Origin: Eledone cirrhosa
Lineage: Eukaryota
NCBI GenBank assembly: GCA_964016885.1
Contig: OZ024740.1
Coordinates: 429,474,001-429,538,000 of the forward strand
Direction of reading: 5' to 3'
Length of the DNA stretch: 64,000 nt
This document shows, one piece after another, positions 1 through 12,569 of this stretch. The position numbers and the translations under genes are program-made. Every line of letters starts with the position of its first letter. Within the stretch, counting starts at the first letter, position 1. Below the pieces are notes generated by a model, which had not been told where the DNA came from, searched no databases, and saw nothing but the letters and a program-made list of their open reading frames with translations.

Positions 1-84
<84 letters not shown>

Positions 85-113
85 GCTGCTGCTGCTGCTG
101 CTGTTGTTGTTGT
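1..113. repeat. (GTT/GCT)n trinucleotide microsatellite
   Basis: Direct reading of the sequence. Confidence 0.95.
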
Positions 114-632
114 TTATGTCGTTCAGCCCAAAACCGACTCTGTATTGAGCAACTTATGTTCAAAGACATTCTAGTCCCCACCATCACGCCTTTTTATAAG
201 TACGTAGAGTGTGATCTGAGGGAGATTTGACAGCAATTTCTAGCATGTTGGACGACCACGTTGAGTTTCCTTGGAGCAGGTTGCTATAGTGACAGTTGGT
301 TGCTAAAGAGAAGGTATTCCCTCTCCCACGAAACCATTATCAACTACATTTAATATCATTTGAAGCAGAAGGCCGGGCTGGAGAGAGAATTATTCAGGCG
401 AAATATATATATTTCCATATTTCCATCTAGGAGAAGTGTACAACTGTGCCAGACTATGTTTCCATAAACAGGCGAAATAACTTATTATTGGGGCCGTAAT
501 TATCGAGAAAAATTTCAGTGACCTTTTGAAAGGATTCAAGAATTGTACTAAGATTCCCCCATCGTTAATATGAAAACTATAATTAATTGCTGGAATGCCA
601 AATAATTATTTCTAATATTGTCTCAATTCTAG

Positions 633-790
633 GGCGGTGGGTTGGCAGTATCGGTGGAGTGTCGGACAACATGCCTTATGGCATAGAGTTACGGCTCTTT
701 ACGATCTGAATTCAAATTCTGCCGAGGTTAACTTTGCTTTTCATCCTTACAGGGTCCCTCCCCCAAAACTTGTTGATCTTGTACCTAAAT
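633..790 (+). mobile_element. tRNA-derived SINE, dominant family
   Basis: A-box-like TGGCAGTATCGGTGG, B-box-like GAATTCAAATTCT and body GCCGAGGTTAACTTTGCTTTTCATCC shared with about 25 copies in the window. Confidence 0.85.
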
Positions 791-849
791 CTTTTTCCTC
801 TCATTTATAGCATTTATAGTCCTTTCCAATACTAGTTTCTTTTTAGGCA

Positions 850-1062
850 CTGTTTCTGATTTAGGCACACAGCCAACCATTTGGGGGAGGGGAAAGTCGA
901 TTAAATCGACCCCAGTGCGTTACTGGTACTTTATTTTATTGACCCTGTAAGGATAAAAGGCAAAGCTAACCTTGGTGGGATTTGAACTCAGAACGTAAAG
1001 GGACGTAACTCTCTGCTGCAAAGCATGGTGTCCGATGCTCTATCGATTATGTCAATCCACTG
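850..1062 (-). mobile_element. SINE, dominant family
   Basis: Reverse complement of the same consensus; inverted partner of 633-790. Confidence 0.85.
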
Positions 1063-1860
1063 CACTTGTTCCCTTTAATAATGTGTTTGAACTTAACTCT
1101 ATGTCTCTATATTTCCATCTTATGAATTAGTAACTTGAACCTAAGAATGTATTACTGTTTAAAAGGAACCCGATTGTGTATCTGAATCCTAACTGTTACA
1201 ACAATCTATTCGAGTTGATAAACTGAAAAAAGCTTTATTTGTTGTTTGTATAAACAGCTTTGTAAAATAAAATTCCAATGTAAGTTTTATCATAATTGTC
1301 TACACTAGAGAAAACTGTGTAAAGTGTCATGTAGAAGAGTTAAGTAAATCAACTGATTTGATAATGTTAACCGATGACCATAGATTTAATGAATGCTTAA
1401 CACAGCTCCTAATACATATAAACATTGAATTTTCTATTGTATTATGCTTCGGTTGGTTTTCAACAACAATTAATAATGTCGAAAAAAATCGATCGAAATG
1501 AAGGAGGCACGTCATTAAATCGGACTCTGCTTCTTCCAATGTTAGCTCAATATACGATGGAGAATATTTCGATAATTGGATATTTTCATTAAGTGTAAGA
1601 TGAAGAGTAAATTTACAAGCCACCAACTGTGATTTACTGATATGTTATGTAAATTGTAGGAAAGCTGCTGGTTATAGAAACTTGAGAGATACTATCTCAC
1701 CCTTTAACCTCCAACTAACATATAAGTGAAAAACTCCGTTCAAGGAAAAGAAAATATCGAAAAAAACAAAATCCAAGAACACAGGACTGTTCTCTCTAAC
1801 ATTGCAGACAGTTTATTATCGAGAAATACCATATCGACCAAGTTATTAATGTTCTCTCTC

Positions 1861-1971
<111 letters not shown>

Positions 1972-1980
1972 CTATCTCTA

Positions 1981-2047
<67 letters not shown>

Positions 2048-2258
2048 CGTTTCTGAATTTGTTTAGCAAGATTCTTTATCTGAAATCGTGTGTTGAAACC
2101 GATATTGTTATACTTTGGGAGGGTCATGTTGCCAATAAGAAACACACGCACCAGTTGCTTTCACTTCAATTTATTATAATAAATTTATAATAAATTTATA
2201 ACTTTATAAATTTCTGGTTGGTTGGTTGGTTCCACAACCAGATAGTTGTTTATATATT

Positions 2259-2301
2259 GTCATAGTTCTTTCGTCACACACTCTGTGACCTCTTCAGTGA
2301 C
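2259..2301 (-). ncRNA. minimal type I hammerhead ribozyme (PLE family 1, inverted arm)
   Basis: Reverse complement of 4080-4122. Confidence 0.75.
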
Positions 2302-2406
2302 TGAGGATTCCTTTCTTTGTTTTTGTGCCTCTCCTTTGTTCTGTCCTACGCCATTTTGTTTCTGTGTGTGTGTTGTGTGCTCAGACACATATAACCTTAG
2401 CAACCT

Positions 2407-3882
2407 GTGCCCTACAAGACCAGCAAGAGGCAGACCACCTACCATTACCTCAATGGCCAAGAAAACCCACACAGATGGAACGGATGGACCAGAGCCATAC
2501 GGACACCCGAAAACCACGATGAACTGAAGAAAATGATTGCACATGCGGTAGGGGCCAGCATAAAACTAACCCTTAAGGAACATATGTTCAAATTTAATGG
2601 AAAAACATATGCCCAAGAGGAAGGAGCAGCCATTGGTGTTAGCATTGCAGGCGACATAGCTAACTTATTCATGGTATGGTGGGACAGTAGACTTAAACTT
2701 AAAATTAAAGAGCAATTAGAAGACCCCTTAACCCTGATAATGTACTCCCGCTACGTTGATGATATAAACATCGTAGTTAAGACACCCCCACTAGAGAACA
2801 GTCAGGAACTAGAGAAAAACACAATGGAAATCATCCAGCAAATAGCTAACTCCATCCACCAGAGCATTAGAGTTACTATAGACTACCCAAGTAAACACCC
2901 CAACCATCGATTACCTGTACTAGACACAGAGCTCTGGTTAGATACCATTAATAACAAAAAACAAATCCTCCATTCCCATTATGCCAAACCCATGACTTCC
3001 AAACATCTGATCCACCGAAACTCGGCCGTTTCGGACCATACCAAAATCAACATACTGATTGCGGATTTGGTACGGGTGATGAGAAACGTGTCCCGCATGT
3101 GCAACCCCGAAGAACTAGAGAGACACATACAACACTTCATCCACCGTATGCAGTTCTCTGGCTACAATCAGAGAGATAAAATCAGAGCGTATAGAGGAGC
3201 CAGAACCAAATGGGAAAAAATGGTAAATAATGACATAAATGGGACCTGCCCCTTGTATAGGAGCAAATTTTGGAATAGAATAGAAAGAACTAGGAACAAG
3301 GCTAATAGAATAAACTCATGGTATGATAGCAATAAATACCAGAGTGTAATGTTCATCGATACAACCCCTAGAGGTGAATTAGCTTACAAATTTAGAAGGG
3401 CCCTAGATAAACATAAACTCAATATTAAGATAGTAGAAAGACCAGGTACCTCCGTAAAAACACTTATTAGCAAGACATACCCTTTTCAAAGACCCTCATG
3501 TATAGATAAGAAATGTATAACCTGTAAAATAAGCTCCCATATTAACTGTAAAACTAGAAATGTAGTATATAGCATAAGATGTACTGAAGGACAATGTAGA
3601 GACAAAAATATAGTGTACATAGGTGAGACAGTTCGTAGTGTAGGGGAACGGATGAATGAACACTGGCGAGACCTTCAAGATAGTAAAGAATCATCTGTAC
3701 TCTACCAACATGCTAAAATAGAACACAAGGGTAAATTAGAGAACATAGAAATAAAAATAGAATCTACACACAGAAAAGACGCAATGTTTAGACAAATTAC
3801 AGAGGCAATAAACATAAAAGAATTACAACCAAAATTAAATAGAAAATATGAGTGGAACAGCAACATCACAACTTACAATTAA
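2407..3882 (+). CDS. PLE reverse transcriptase (C-terminal half) + GIY-YIG endonuclease, 5'-truncated
   Basis: QEEGAAIG (RT motif 4), RYVDD catalytic motif, LPVLD, Cys linker CIDKKCITC, VVYSIRC...YIGET...RMNEH, terminal LNRK. Coding homology probably starts at the inversion junction near 2385 with a frameshift near 2450, so the listed start is not a true start. Confidence 0.9.
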   Translation: MPYKTSKRQTTYHYLNGQENPHRWNGWTRAIRTPENHDELKKMIAHAVGASIKLTLKEHMFKFNGKTYAQEEGAAIGVSIAGDIANLFMVWWDSRLKLKIKEQLEDPLTLIMYSRYVDDINIVVKTPPLENSQELEKNTMEIIQQIANSIHQSIRVTIDYPSKHPNHRLPVLDTELWLDTINNKKQILHSHYAKPMTSKHLIHRNSAVSDHTKINILIADLVRVMRNVSRMCNPEELERHIQHFIHRMQFSGYNQRDKIRAYRGARTKWEKMVNNDINGTCPLYRSKFWNRIERTRNKANRINSWYDSNKYQSVMFIDTTPRGELAYKFRRALDKHKLNIKIVERPGTSVKTLISKTYPFQRPSCIDKKCITCKISSHINCKTRNVVYSIRCTEGQCRDKNIVYIGETVRSVGERMNEHWRDLQDSKESSVLYQHAKIEHKGKLENIEIKIESTHRKDAMFRQITEAINIKELQPKLNRKYEWNSNITTYN

Positions 3883-4079
3883 GGACAAAACGAATACACA
3901 CACATAGAACAAACAACCAACCAGTAACATGTAAATAAACAAATAAATAAATGAACATAAACACACACAGACACCCGGATGTGACGCATGCGCAGACTGA
4001 GCACACAACACACACACAGAAACAAAATGGCGTAGGGCAGAACAAAGGAGAGGCACAAAAACTAAGAAAGGAATCCCCA

Positions 4080-4122
4080 GTCACTGAAGAGGTCACAGAG
4101 TGTGTGACGAAAGAACTATGAC
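4080..4122 (+). ncRNA. minimal type I hammerhead ribozyme (PLE family 1 pLTR)
   Basis: GTCA-CTGAAGA-G-GTCACA/TGTGAC-GAAA-GAAC-TA-TGAC; stems I and II pair. Confidence 0.75.
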
Positions 4123-4271
4123 AATATATAAACAACTATCTGGTTGTGGAACCAACCAACCAACCAGAAATTTATAAATTTATAAATTTATTATAAATTT
4201 ATTATAATAAATTGAAGTGAAAGCAACTGGTGCGTGTGTTTCTTATTGGCAACATGACCCTCCCAAAGTAT

Positions 4272-4343
<72 letters not shown>

Positions 4344-4425
4344 GTGTGTGTCGTATGGTTGCTAGGATGCGTCCATAGGCGGTATGCCGGTTGAGCACTC
4401 TATGCTCCTTCGGAGCAGAGTATAA

Positions 4426-4614
4426 TAATTGTTTCTACTTTTGACACAAGGCCAGCAATTACCCAGTGCATTACTGGTACTTCATTTTATCGACCCCGTA
4501 AGGACGAAAGGCAAAGTTAGCCTCGGCGGGATTTGAACTCAGACCATAAAGGACCGTAACTCTATGCTGCAAAGCATGGTGTCTGACTCTCTACCGATAC
4601 TGCCAATCCACCAC
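4426..4614 (-). mobile_element. SINE with TSD AGTATAATAAT
   Basis: Consensus match; direct repeats at 4419-4429 and 4615-4625. Confidence 0.9.
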
Positions 4615-4625
4615 AGTATAATAAT

Positions 4626-4888
4626 ATGGAAAACGAAGAATCAGTGATGCATCGCAACACAATTTATTACGTATTACAATTATTTCTCCCGCGAACAGCT
4701 CGAGGTGCGATCTGTTTGTGGATCGAACCTGACTCTGTATTCGCAAGTTCCTCAGACACGTCTAGTGATTTCGAAACAAATTCTCTTTCTGCAGAAAGAG
4801 AATTTGCTTCGAAATCACGAGACGGAGAAACAATTGTGATACGTAATAAATTGTGTTCCGAGTCATCACTGATTCTTCGTTTTCCATG
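4626..4888. repeat. fold-back segment: ~63-bp inverted arms plus nested 54-bp palindrome
   Basis: 4626-4688 vs 4824-4888 inverted; 4765-4818 palindromic with one mismatch. Confidence 0.8.
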
Positions 4889-4983
4889 AGATGTCAACAT
4901 GAATGGACCTATTATTTTTATCTAAAGACATTTTTTCCAATTATATCCCGCCCGTCCCCTAATCTATTTTACTTCTCATTCTT

Positions 4984-5019
4984 TCTTCTGATGAAGGAAT
5001 AGCGCCCGAAACGTTAAGA
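4984..5019 (+). ncRNA. minimal hammerhead-like motif
   Basis: TCTT-CTGATGA-A-GG..CC-GAAA-CG-TT-AAGA, palindromic AACGTT; homolog at 10492-10527. Confidence 0.6.
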
Positions 5020-5130
5020 CCCTCTTCCTGCTATATCAAGCGTTAACCTAATATATCCCTTCCATATACTGTACCGATTGTGTTGTTATTTCTGTTTACC
5101 TTTTACACACACACACACACACACACACAT

Positions 5131-5207
<77 letters not shown>

Positions 5208-5310
5208 TGTGTGTGTGTGTGTGTGTGTGTGTAGGAGGTGAGTTTTATAGTAGCACAATAAAGCAATGCAAATATCGATAAGTAGCACTCAATAGTTTAT
5301 AGGACTGGAG

Positions 5311-5472
5311 TATAAATAATATAAACTCAAAACATGGTTAAAAGAGCTCCATGTATTTTATTATGCGCATTTCAAAAATAAATATCATCCCAAGATGATA
5401 TTTATTTTTGAAATGCGCATAATAAAATACATGGAGCTCTTTTAACCATGTTTTGAGTTTATATTATTTATA
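5311..5472. repeat. 79-bp-arm palindrome with 4-nt spacer
   Basis: 5311-5389 is the reverse complement of 5394-5472; spacer CCAA. Confidence 0.92.
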
Positions 5473-5608
5473 TATATATATATATATATATAGGATAACA
5501 AGCTTTCGTTTAAGGCAATCCAGCTAGAGGTTTTGAGTACTCTGTACAATGGATAGTTTTAACCTCTAACTGGATTACCTAAAACGATAACTTGTTAACC
5601 CATATATA

Positions 5609-5640
<32 letters not shown>

Positions 5641-5992
5641 CTTGTTCTGCTTATCTCAATATTAAGTTCTGGTATATTAAATTATTACCATAGAACCACC
5701 TTAAATCATAGACACACTATATATTTCCGGGGGTACATTGTACCCTCAGATATATATTAACCTTATTCAATAATCTCCAATATGTAGAGATAAAAATTTT
5801 TGTCGTTCTATTTGGTTACTAAAAATCCTTTTTTTAGTGGCTAGTATAGACGGCGAGTCTACGATTTCCCGCCTTCACTATACACCAATGTATTTACGGG
5901 TCACTTTCACGACCTTTTAGACCTGTATTAGTTGGAGTGAGGTCATATATTTTGTCGTTCCTGGGGTTTTTAACCCTAGGACAGGAAAATGC

Positions 5993-6070
5993 TTCTCTGA
6001 TGATCGTTGCTTTTCCATTAATATCCTCGTGATATTTAATGTTTTGCACCGTGAAACTGTACAGTTAGGG
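5993..6070 (+). ncRNA. hammerhead-like motif with extended stem II
   Basis: TTCT-CTGATGA-[CATTAATATC/GATATTTAATG hairpin]-GAAA-CTGTACAG-TT-AGGG; palindrome AACTGTACAGTT. Confidence 0.65.
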
Positions 6071-7039
6071 CCATTGGAATAGGTAAATATTTATATTATA
6101 TTTTTTAATTTTGATTAATTTTGATTGCACTATTAACAATTGTTTTATTGATCAGGTGAGTCTAAAGGCCGCTGAACACTCGAAATTGCGTCATTCGACC
6201 TTAAATACAGGGGGCGTCTCTGATCAAATCATTGGTCTTTAGACTCACCTGATCAATGAAACAATTGTCAATACTGTAAATAAACCCTTTTTGTACAGCC
6301 GACCATGTTATTCTTCACTCTATTCGCTACTATTACTCCAAGAATAACCTACATGGGAATTCTCGTAAACTCGCCACCTAACTAAAGAAACTTCTTGTTG
6401 AGTCAAACAACGCCGTACGTTAAAACTATCCATAGTACAGAGTACTCACAACCTATAACTGGACTACCTAAAACGATAACTTGTTATCCTATATATAGTT
6501 ATCCTATATATAGTTTAGATGAGTTGATATAACACAACCATATAAAGGCAAATAATATTTCAAAGCTCAAATATGATTTTATGGTCCACAGCAAGATAAG
6601 TAACAGAGTTTAAGCCAATCGGTAAATTCCCAATCACAGCAGTTTTACAATATCACAGAATATATAAATAAATGAAAATAACCAAGACTAAAATAAACTA
6701 AATCAGCAACGAAAACAGGGAGAGAGACAGACACAACATGCCAGACTGATCCGTGTCTCAGCTGCGCTCCGCAGATAAAATGGTGAAGGTATTATCACAG
6801 AGAAAGGTCAGTGACACTCACTACAACAGCCACCCTACCCCAGTGAATTTCATTGGATGCTTACCTAAACCACGAAGAACTGAGATGTCACTGAAATCTA
6901 AAGCCTTGAAAGTAGTCCCCAAAAACTTTAGACATTCAACAGAAATGTTCCAGGTTGACAGCCACTATTGTAAACCAGAGATTTATCGCTTTATATCACC
7001 GAATATCAACTGATATGATAAATAGGATTGTGTAATATG

Positions 7040-9224
7040 GTAGTCTTGTAACTCATGAGAGAGTTGTAAGGGTACAGTATTGACATACAGCATTTCTAGA
7101 CCATTTTAAAACCTGGTGGAGCCCATCTCCAGGTCTGAATACAACAGATTTCTCCCAGATAAGAAAAATATAAGAGTGAGAGATTGGAAGTGAGAAAGAG
7201 ATATAGAGTAAGAATATATCCCAGTACTGGACTAGTCTTTTTTTATCGACCTTGAATGGATGAAAGGCAAAGTTAACCTCAGTGGGATTTGAACTCAGAG
7301 AGCAGAGATTAGAACTGAATACCACAAAACATTCTATCCGATATTCTAACAACTCTGCCAATTCGTCACTTTATTTTAAAATATTATTTCAGTTAACTTT
7401 CATAATTTTACTAGATGGAGTGATCTAGCCAACATTTATAAAACATTTATAAAACCAGGATTGGTCAGGGATATTTGGAGTATTAAAATATACGTTCAAA
7501 AACACATCTCGCCATGAGAACACCATACTTGTAAAATGCCAACTATCATATATTTTTTAAACCAGTAACACCTAGGGAGTCGTAGGGGTGCCGTATATAC
7601 GGAGTTTCTAAGACCTTTTAAAACCTGGCGGAGCCTATCTCTTCTCCAGATCTGAATACAGTAGATTACTTCCAGAGAAAGATAGAAAGTGGGAGAGATT
7701 GGTAGTGAGAAAGAGTTATAGAGGAAGAATCGACCCCAGTACTAGACTGGTACTTTTTTTTTATTGAACTCAAAAGGATAAAAGACAAAGTTGACCTCGG
7801 TCGGATTTGAACTCAGAGAGTAGAGAGCTGAAACAAGTACCACAAAGTATTCTATCTGACATTCTAACAACTCTACCATTCTATCTGACATTCTAACCCC
7901 TCTACCATTCTATCTGGCGTTCTAATCACTCTACCATTCTATCTGACATTCTAACCCCTCTACCATTCTTTCTGACATTCTAACCACTCTGCCATTCTAT
8001 CTGACTGTCTAACCACTCTATCATTCTATCTGACGTTCTAACCACTCTACCATTCTATATGACATTCTAACCACTCTACCATTCTATCTGACGTTCTAAT
8101 CACTCTACCATTCTATCTGACATTCTAACCCCTCTACCATTCTATCTGACGTTCTAACCCCTCTACCATTCTATCTGACGTTCTAATCACTCTACCATTC
8201 TATCTGACATTCTAACCCCTCTACCATTCTATCTGACATTCTAACCCCTCTACCATTCTATCTGACGTTCTAATCACTCTACCATTCTATCTGACATTCT
8301 AACCACTCTACCATTCTATCTGACGTTCTAATCACTCTACCATTCTATCTGACATTCTAACCCCTCTACCATTCTATCTGACGTTCTAACCACTCTACCA
8401 TTCTATCTGACATTCTAACCAGTCTACCATTCTATCTGACGTTCTAATCACTCTACTATTCTATCTGACATTCTAACCACTCTACCATTCTATCTGACGT
8501 TCTAACAACTCTACCATTCTATCTGACATTCTAATCACTCTACTATTCTATCTGACATTCTAACAACTCTACCATTCTATCTGACATTCTAACCACTCTG
8601 CCATTCTATCTGACATTCTAACCACTCTACCATTCTATCTGACATTCTAACGACTCTACCATTCTATCTGACATTCTAACCACTCTACCATTCTATCTGA
8701 CGTTCTAATCACTCTACCATTCTATCTGACATTCTAACCCCTCTACCATTCTATCTGACGTTCTAACCACTCTACCATTCTATCTGACATTCTAACCTCT
8801 CTACCATTCTATCTGACGTTCTAACCACTCTACCATTCTATCTGACATTCTAACCACTCTACCATTCTATCTGATGTTCTAACCACTCTACCATTCTATC
8901 TGACGTTCTAACCACTCTGCCATTCTATCTGACATTCTAACCACTCTACCATTCTATCTGACATTCTAACGACTCTACCATTCTATCTGACATTCTAACC
9001 ACTCTATCTGACGTTCTAACGACTACCCCAATTTGTCACATTATAAATAGGATTAAAAAATATTATTTCAGTTGACTTTCATAATTTTACTAGATGGAGT
9101 GATCCAGCCAACAAGAATACGTTTACAAAACCAGGATTGGTCAGGGATATTTGGAGTATTAAAATATACGTTGAAAAACAAATCTCGCCACGAGAACACC
9201 ATACTTGTAAAATGTTAACTACCA
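7040..9224. repeat. tandem duplication of SINE + ~170 bp flank; second copy carries an internal satellite
   Basis: 7382-7547 matches 9062-9224; long-tailed SINE on the minus strand in both copies. Confidence 0.85.
7850..9025 (-). repeat. 29-bp minisatellite (~40 units) inside SINE head
   Basis: Unit TTCTATCTGACATTCTAACCACTCTACCA. Confidence 0.95.
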
Positions 9225-9269
9225 TTAGCACCGTCAAAATCAATATTATCAGCATGTATATTTTATTCA

Positions 9270-9690
9270 GAAATTGTGAGAGGTTGTGATAGGTTGTGAG
9301 AGATCGTGAGAGATCGTGAGAAACCGTGGCAGATCGTGGCAGAGCGTAGTATATCGTGGGAGATCGTAAGAGATCGTGAAAGATCGTGAGAGATTGTGAG
9401 ATATTGTGAGAGATCGTGAGAGGTCGTGATAGGTTGTGAGAGATCGTGGCAAACCGTGGCAGGTCGTAGTATATCGTGAGAGATTGTAAGAGATCGTGAG
9501 ATATGGTGAGATGTTGTGAGAGATCGTGAGAGGTTGTGAGAGATCGTGAGATACCGTGAGAGACTGTGGCAAACCGTGGCAGATCGTAGTATATCGCGTG
9601 AGATCGTGAGAGATTGTTAGATGTTGTGAGAGGTCATGAGAGGTCGTGAGATATCCTGAGGGATCATAATAGACCGTAGTAGATCGAGAT
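9270..9690. repeat. degenerate 10-bp tandem repeat (AGATCGTGAG)n
   Basis: Direct reading. Confidence 0.9.
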
Positions 9691-10263
9691 TCTCGTCTTT
9701 GTAGCGGTACCGAGGACTAGATTATCCAATGTTATTTTTTTTTTTTTTCGTTTTTGAAGGCGTTCAGATTTTTTTGAGGGAAATTTGGTTGCTATTTGTA
9801 ACAAATCAGGTGACTATGTGTAGCACTTTAAGTTTATGTACACAGGTGTATTTCAGCTCTAGAACATTTATATTCGGGGATATCTGAACCGAAAACTAAC
9901 GAGTAATTTGTCAATTTGTCATTGACAGATGGCATGACTGAGACATCCCACTTTAGAACTTACAGCTCGACATAAAATCAACCTGATCAGCTTTGGCTGT
10001 CAGTGGAAAAAGATTAGAGAAAAAATCCAAATAACAAACTGAGAAGTAGGGTCCCATTAGTAAGTATCCAGAAAATAAATGTATTTATACCTTCCTCTGC
10101 TTGACTGACTTACATAGACAGACTATGGACACAGACGATGAACTGGTATTTATCACACAACTACATAGCAAAGAAGATTGAGGTCACGATAAGGATATTC
10201 CATAGAACGATATGGGTTACCCCTAAACATTTGTGTTTGTGGAAAAGATATATATATATATAC

Positions 10264-10360
<97 letters not shown>

Positions 10361-10392
10361 TGTGTCTGTGTGTCTATGTCTGTGTGTGTATG

Positions 10393-10532
10393 TAAAAGGT
10401 AAACAGAAATAACAACACAATCGGTACAGTATATGGAAGGGATATATTAGGTTAACGCTTGATATATATATATATATATATAAAGAAGGGGTCTTAACGC
10501 TTCGGACGCTAGTCCTTCATCAGAAGAAAGAA
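10393..10532 (-). mobile_element. short 3' pLTR-like fragment with hammerhead motif (10492-10527)
   Basis: Reverse-complement homolog of 4978-5104; stem II GGAC/GTCC; GAAG in place of GAAA; abuts microsatellites. Confidence 0.65.
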
Positions 10533-10563
10533 TGAGAGAGAGAGAGTGAGAGAGAGAGAGAGA

Positions 10564-10625
<62 letters not shown>

Positions 10626-11033
10626 ACGTGTATGTGTCTTTGTTTACGTTTGTGTCTGTACTTATGTTTCTGAACGGTTTTCAAAAAGAGATCGATTACC
10701 TTATTTTTTTTAAAATATGTATAGAGATCGATGTGATCGACTAAATCAAGGTGGTGCCCCAGCATGGCCACAGTCTGATGACTGAAGTAATTGAAAAAAA
10801 TAAAAGATTGTGTATCTCACCTTTTCTGCCACACACTAGAATTCTTGAGAATATATAGTCTTCTCTAAACAGTACTAGTATGTGGCAGAAAAGAAGAGAT
10901 ACACAAACTTGAGGAAGGGCAATAACCCTGAAACAATTGTCGATTGTTTCTCTATCACAGCTAGAACAAAAGGATGACGATAATTGTCTAAAACGCATGG
11001 CTGTCTCCTTGCAAACGTATATTATTATGATTA

Positions 11034-11208
11034 GGCGGTGGTTTGGCAGTATCGGTAGGGTGTCGGACGCCATGCTTTGACGCAAAGAGTTACGGCCCTT
11101 TCCATTCTGAGTTCAAGTCCCGCCGAGGATAACTTTGCCTTTCGTCTTTACGGGGTCGATAAAATAAAGTACCAGTAATACTCTGGGTAATTGCTGGCCT
11201 TGTGCCAG
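11034..11208 (+). mobile_element. SINE, dominant family
   Basis: Consensus match. Confidence 0.9.
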
Positions 11209-11304
11209 CAATGAATGCATTTACGTATCCGCTATGTGAGAGCGACAACAAATTATATATGTATATATATATATATATATATACATGTGTGTGTGTCTGT
11301 GTGT

Positions 11305-11378
<74 letters not shown>

Positions 11379-11381
11379 ATA

Positions 11382-11458
<77 letters not shown>

Positions 11459-11669
11459 ATACACAACTATCCATTGGCAAATAACTCACACCAATAATAT
11501 TTATATGTAGCGAATTTTACAACATTTTTATCACATAATGCTGTACCGGAAACAGCATATACGTCACGGATATTTTACAAAATGGCTAACTTTACCATCT
11601 GATGATTGCCTGGCATATGCTAAGCATGAAGATTTAAGTTATGCTGCATTATCACTAGCAGTGTATATC

Positions 11670-11742
<73 letters not shown>

Positions 11743-12569
11743 ATACATACATATATATAAACATAGATATAAATAAATATACATGTATGAATCTCTCTAT
11801 TCATATATACACACACACATATATATATATATGTATATACGTGTTTGTATATGTATGTGTGTGTGTGTGTGCGCGTGCACAAGACGTATAAAATGACGAA
11901 ATATGAGTCCGACATTATCCCCCAAAAAGTAAGCCTGCATCCTCTTTCGAAGAAAAAGTAAAAACCTGACAGAAAAGACAAAAAGAAATATACATTGTTT
12001 TAAACATATGAATGCAATAGTAACAAGCACCATTTGAATTATATAAGCCGTATCGCCTGTTGTAATGCTATAGATAAATATGTGTCTATGTATGTATGTA
12101 TTATATATATATATATATACTTACGTATGCAAACATACATAAATATATATGTATACTCCTATGTATGTGAATGCACACATATATATATATACATATCCTT
12201 CATTATACATACATAAACAAACACACTAAATATATATGCGTATCTGTCCGTCTGTCTGTTTATGTTTGTTTGTGTGTGCATGTATGTGTAGGTTTATGTG
12301 TTTGTGTTTTGTGTATGTTTGTATGTGTGTCTGTGTATGTGTATCAGTGTATGTGTATGTATGTTTGCATGTGTGTATGTGTATCTGTGTGAGTATCTGT
12401 GTATGTGTTTACAACAACAAACACTAAATAACACAGTTTAAATGAGAGTGACTATTTAATGTAGGTGTCGTCTGCCTCTGGTATTTGGCAACATATTTCA
12501 TGTTGACGTACAACACATGTACCTACCATCCAATAACAAACTTTGCTAGAATTGTAATAAGGCTTATTG

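Larger units (their letters stand above)
2045..4278 (+). mobile_element. Penelope-like element (PLE family 1), 5'-truncated, with inverted pLTR, inserted in (TA)n
   Basis: 2102-2384 is the reverse complement of about 3997-4278; internal RT + GIY-YIG ORF; hammerhead in each arm; (TA)n on both flanks. Confidence 0.92.

Noticed and set aside
633-790. SINE heads as genuine tRNA genes
   Set aside because: A/B-box-like motifs are present, but there is no cloverleaf and they continue into a repeated body with TSDs.
1327-1626. 99-aa ORF in non-repetitive sequence
   Set aside because: No recognisable motif, alternative start codon, no clear splice context.
6753-7013. 86-aa ORF, and an open frame in the duplicated 9070-9270 segment
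   Set aside because: No recognisable domain; cannot be distinguished from chance without expression data.
10138-12427. Many [12 protein letters not shown] ORFs
   Set aside because: Translations of dinucleotide microsatellites.
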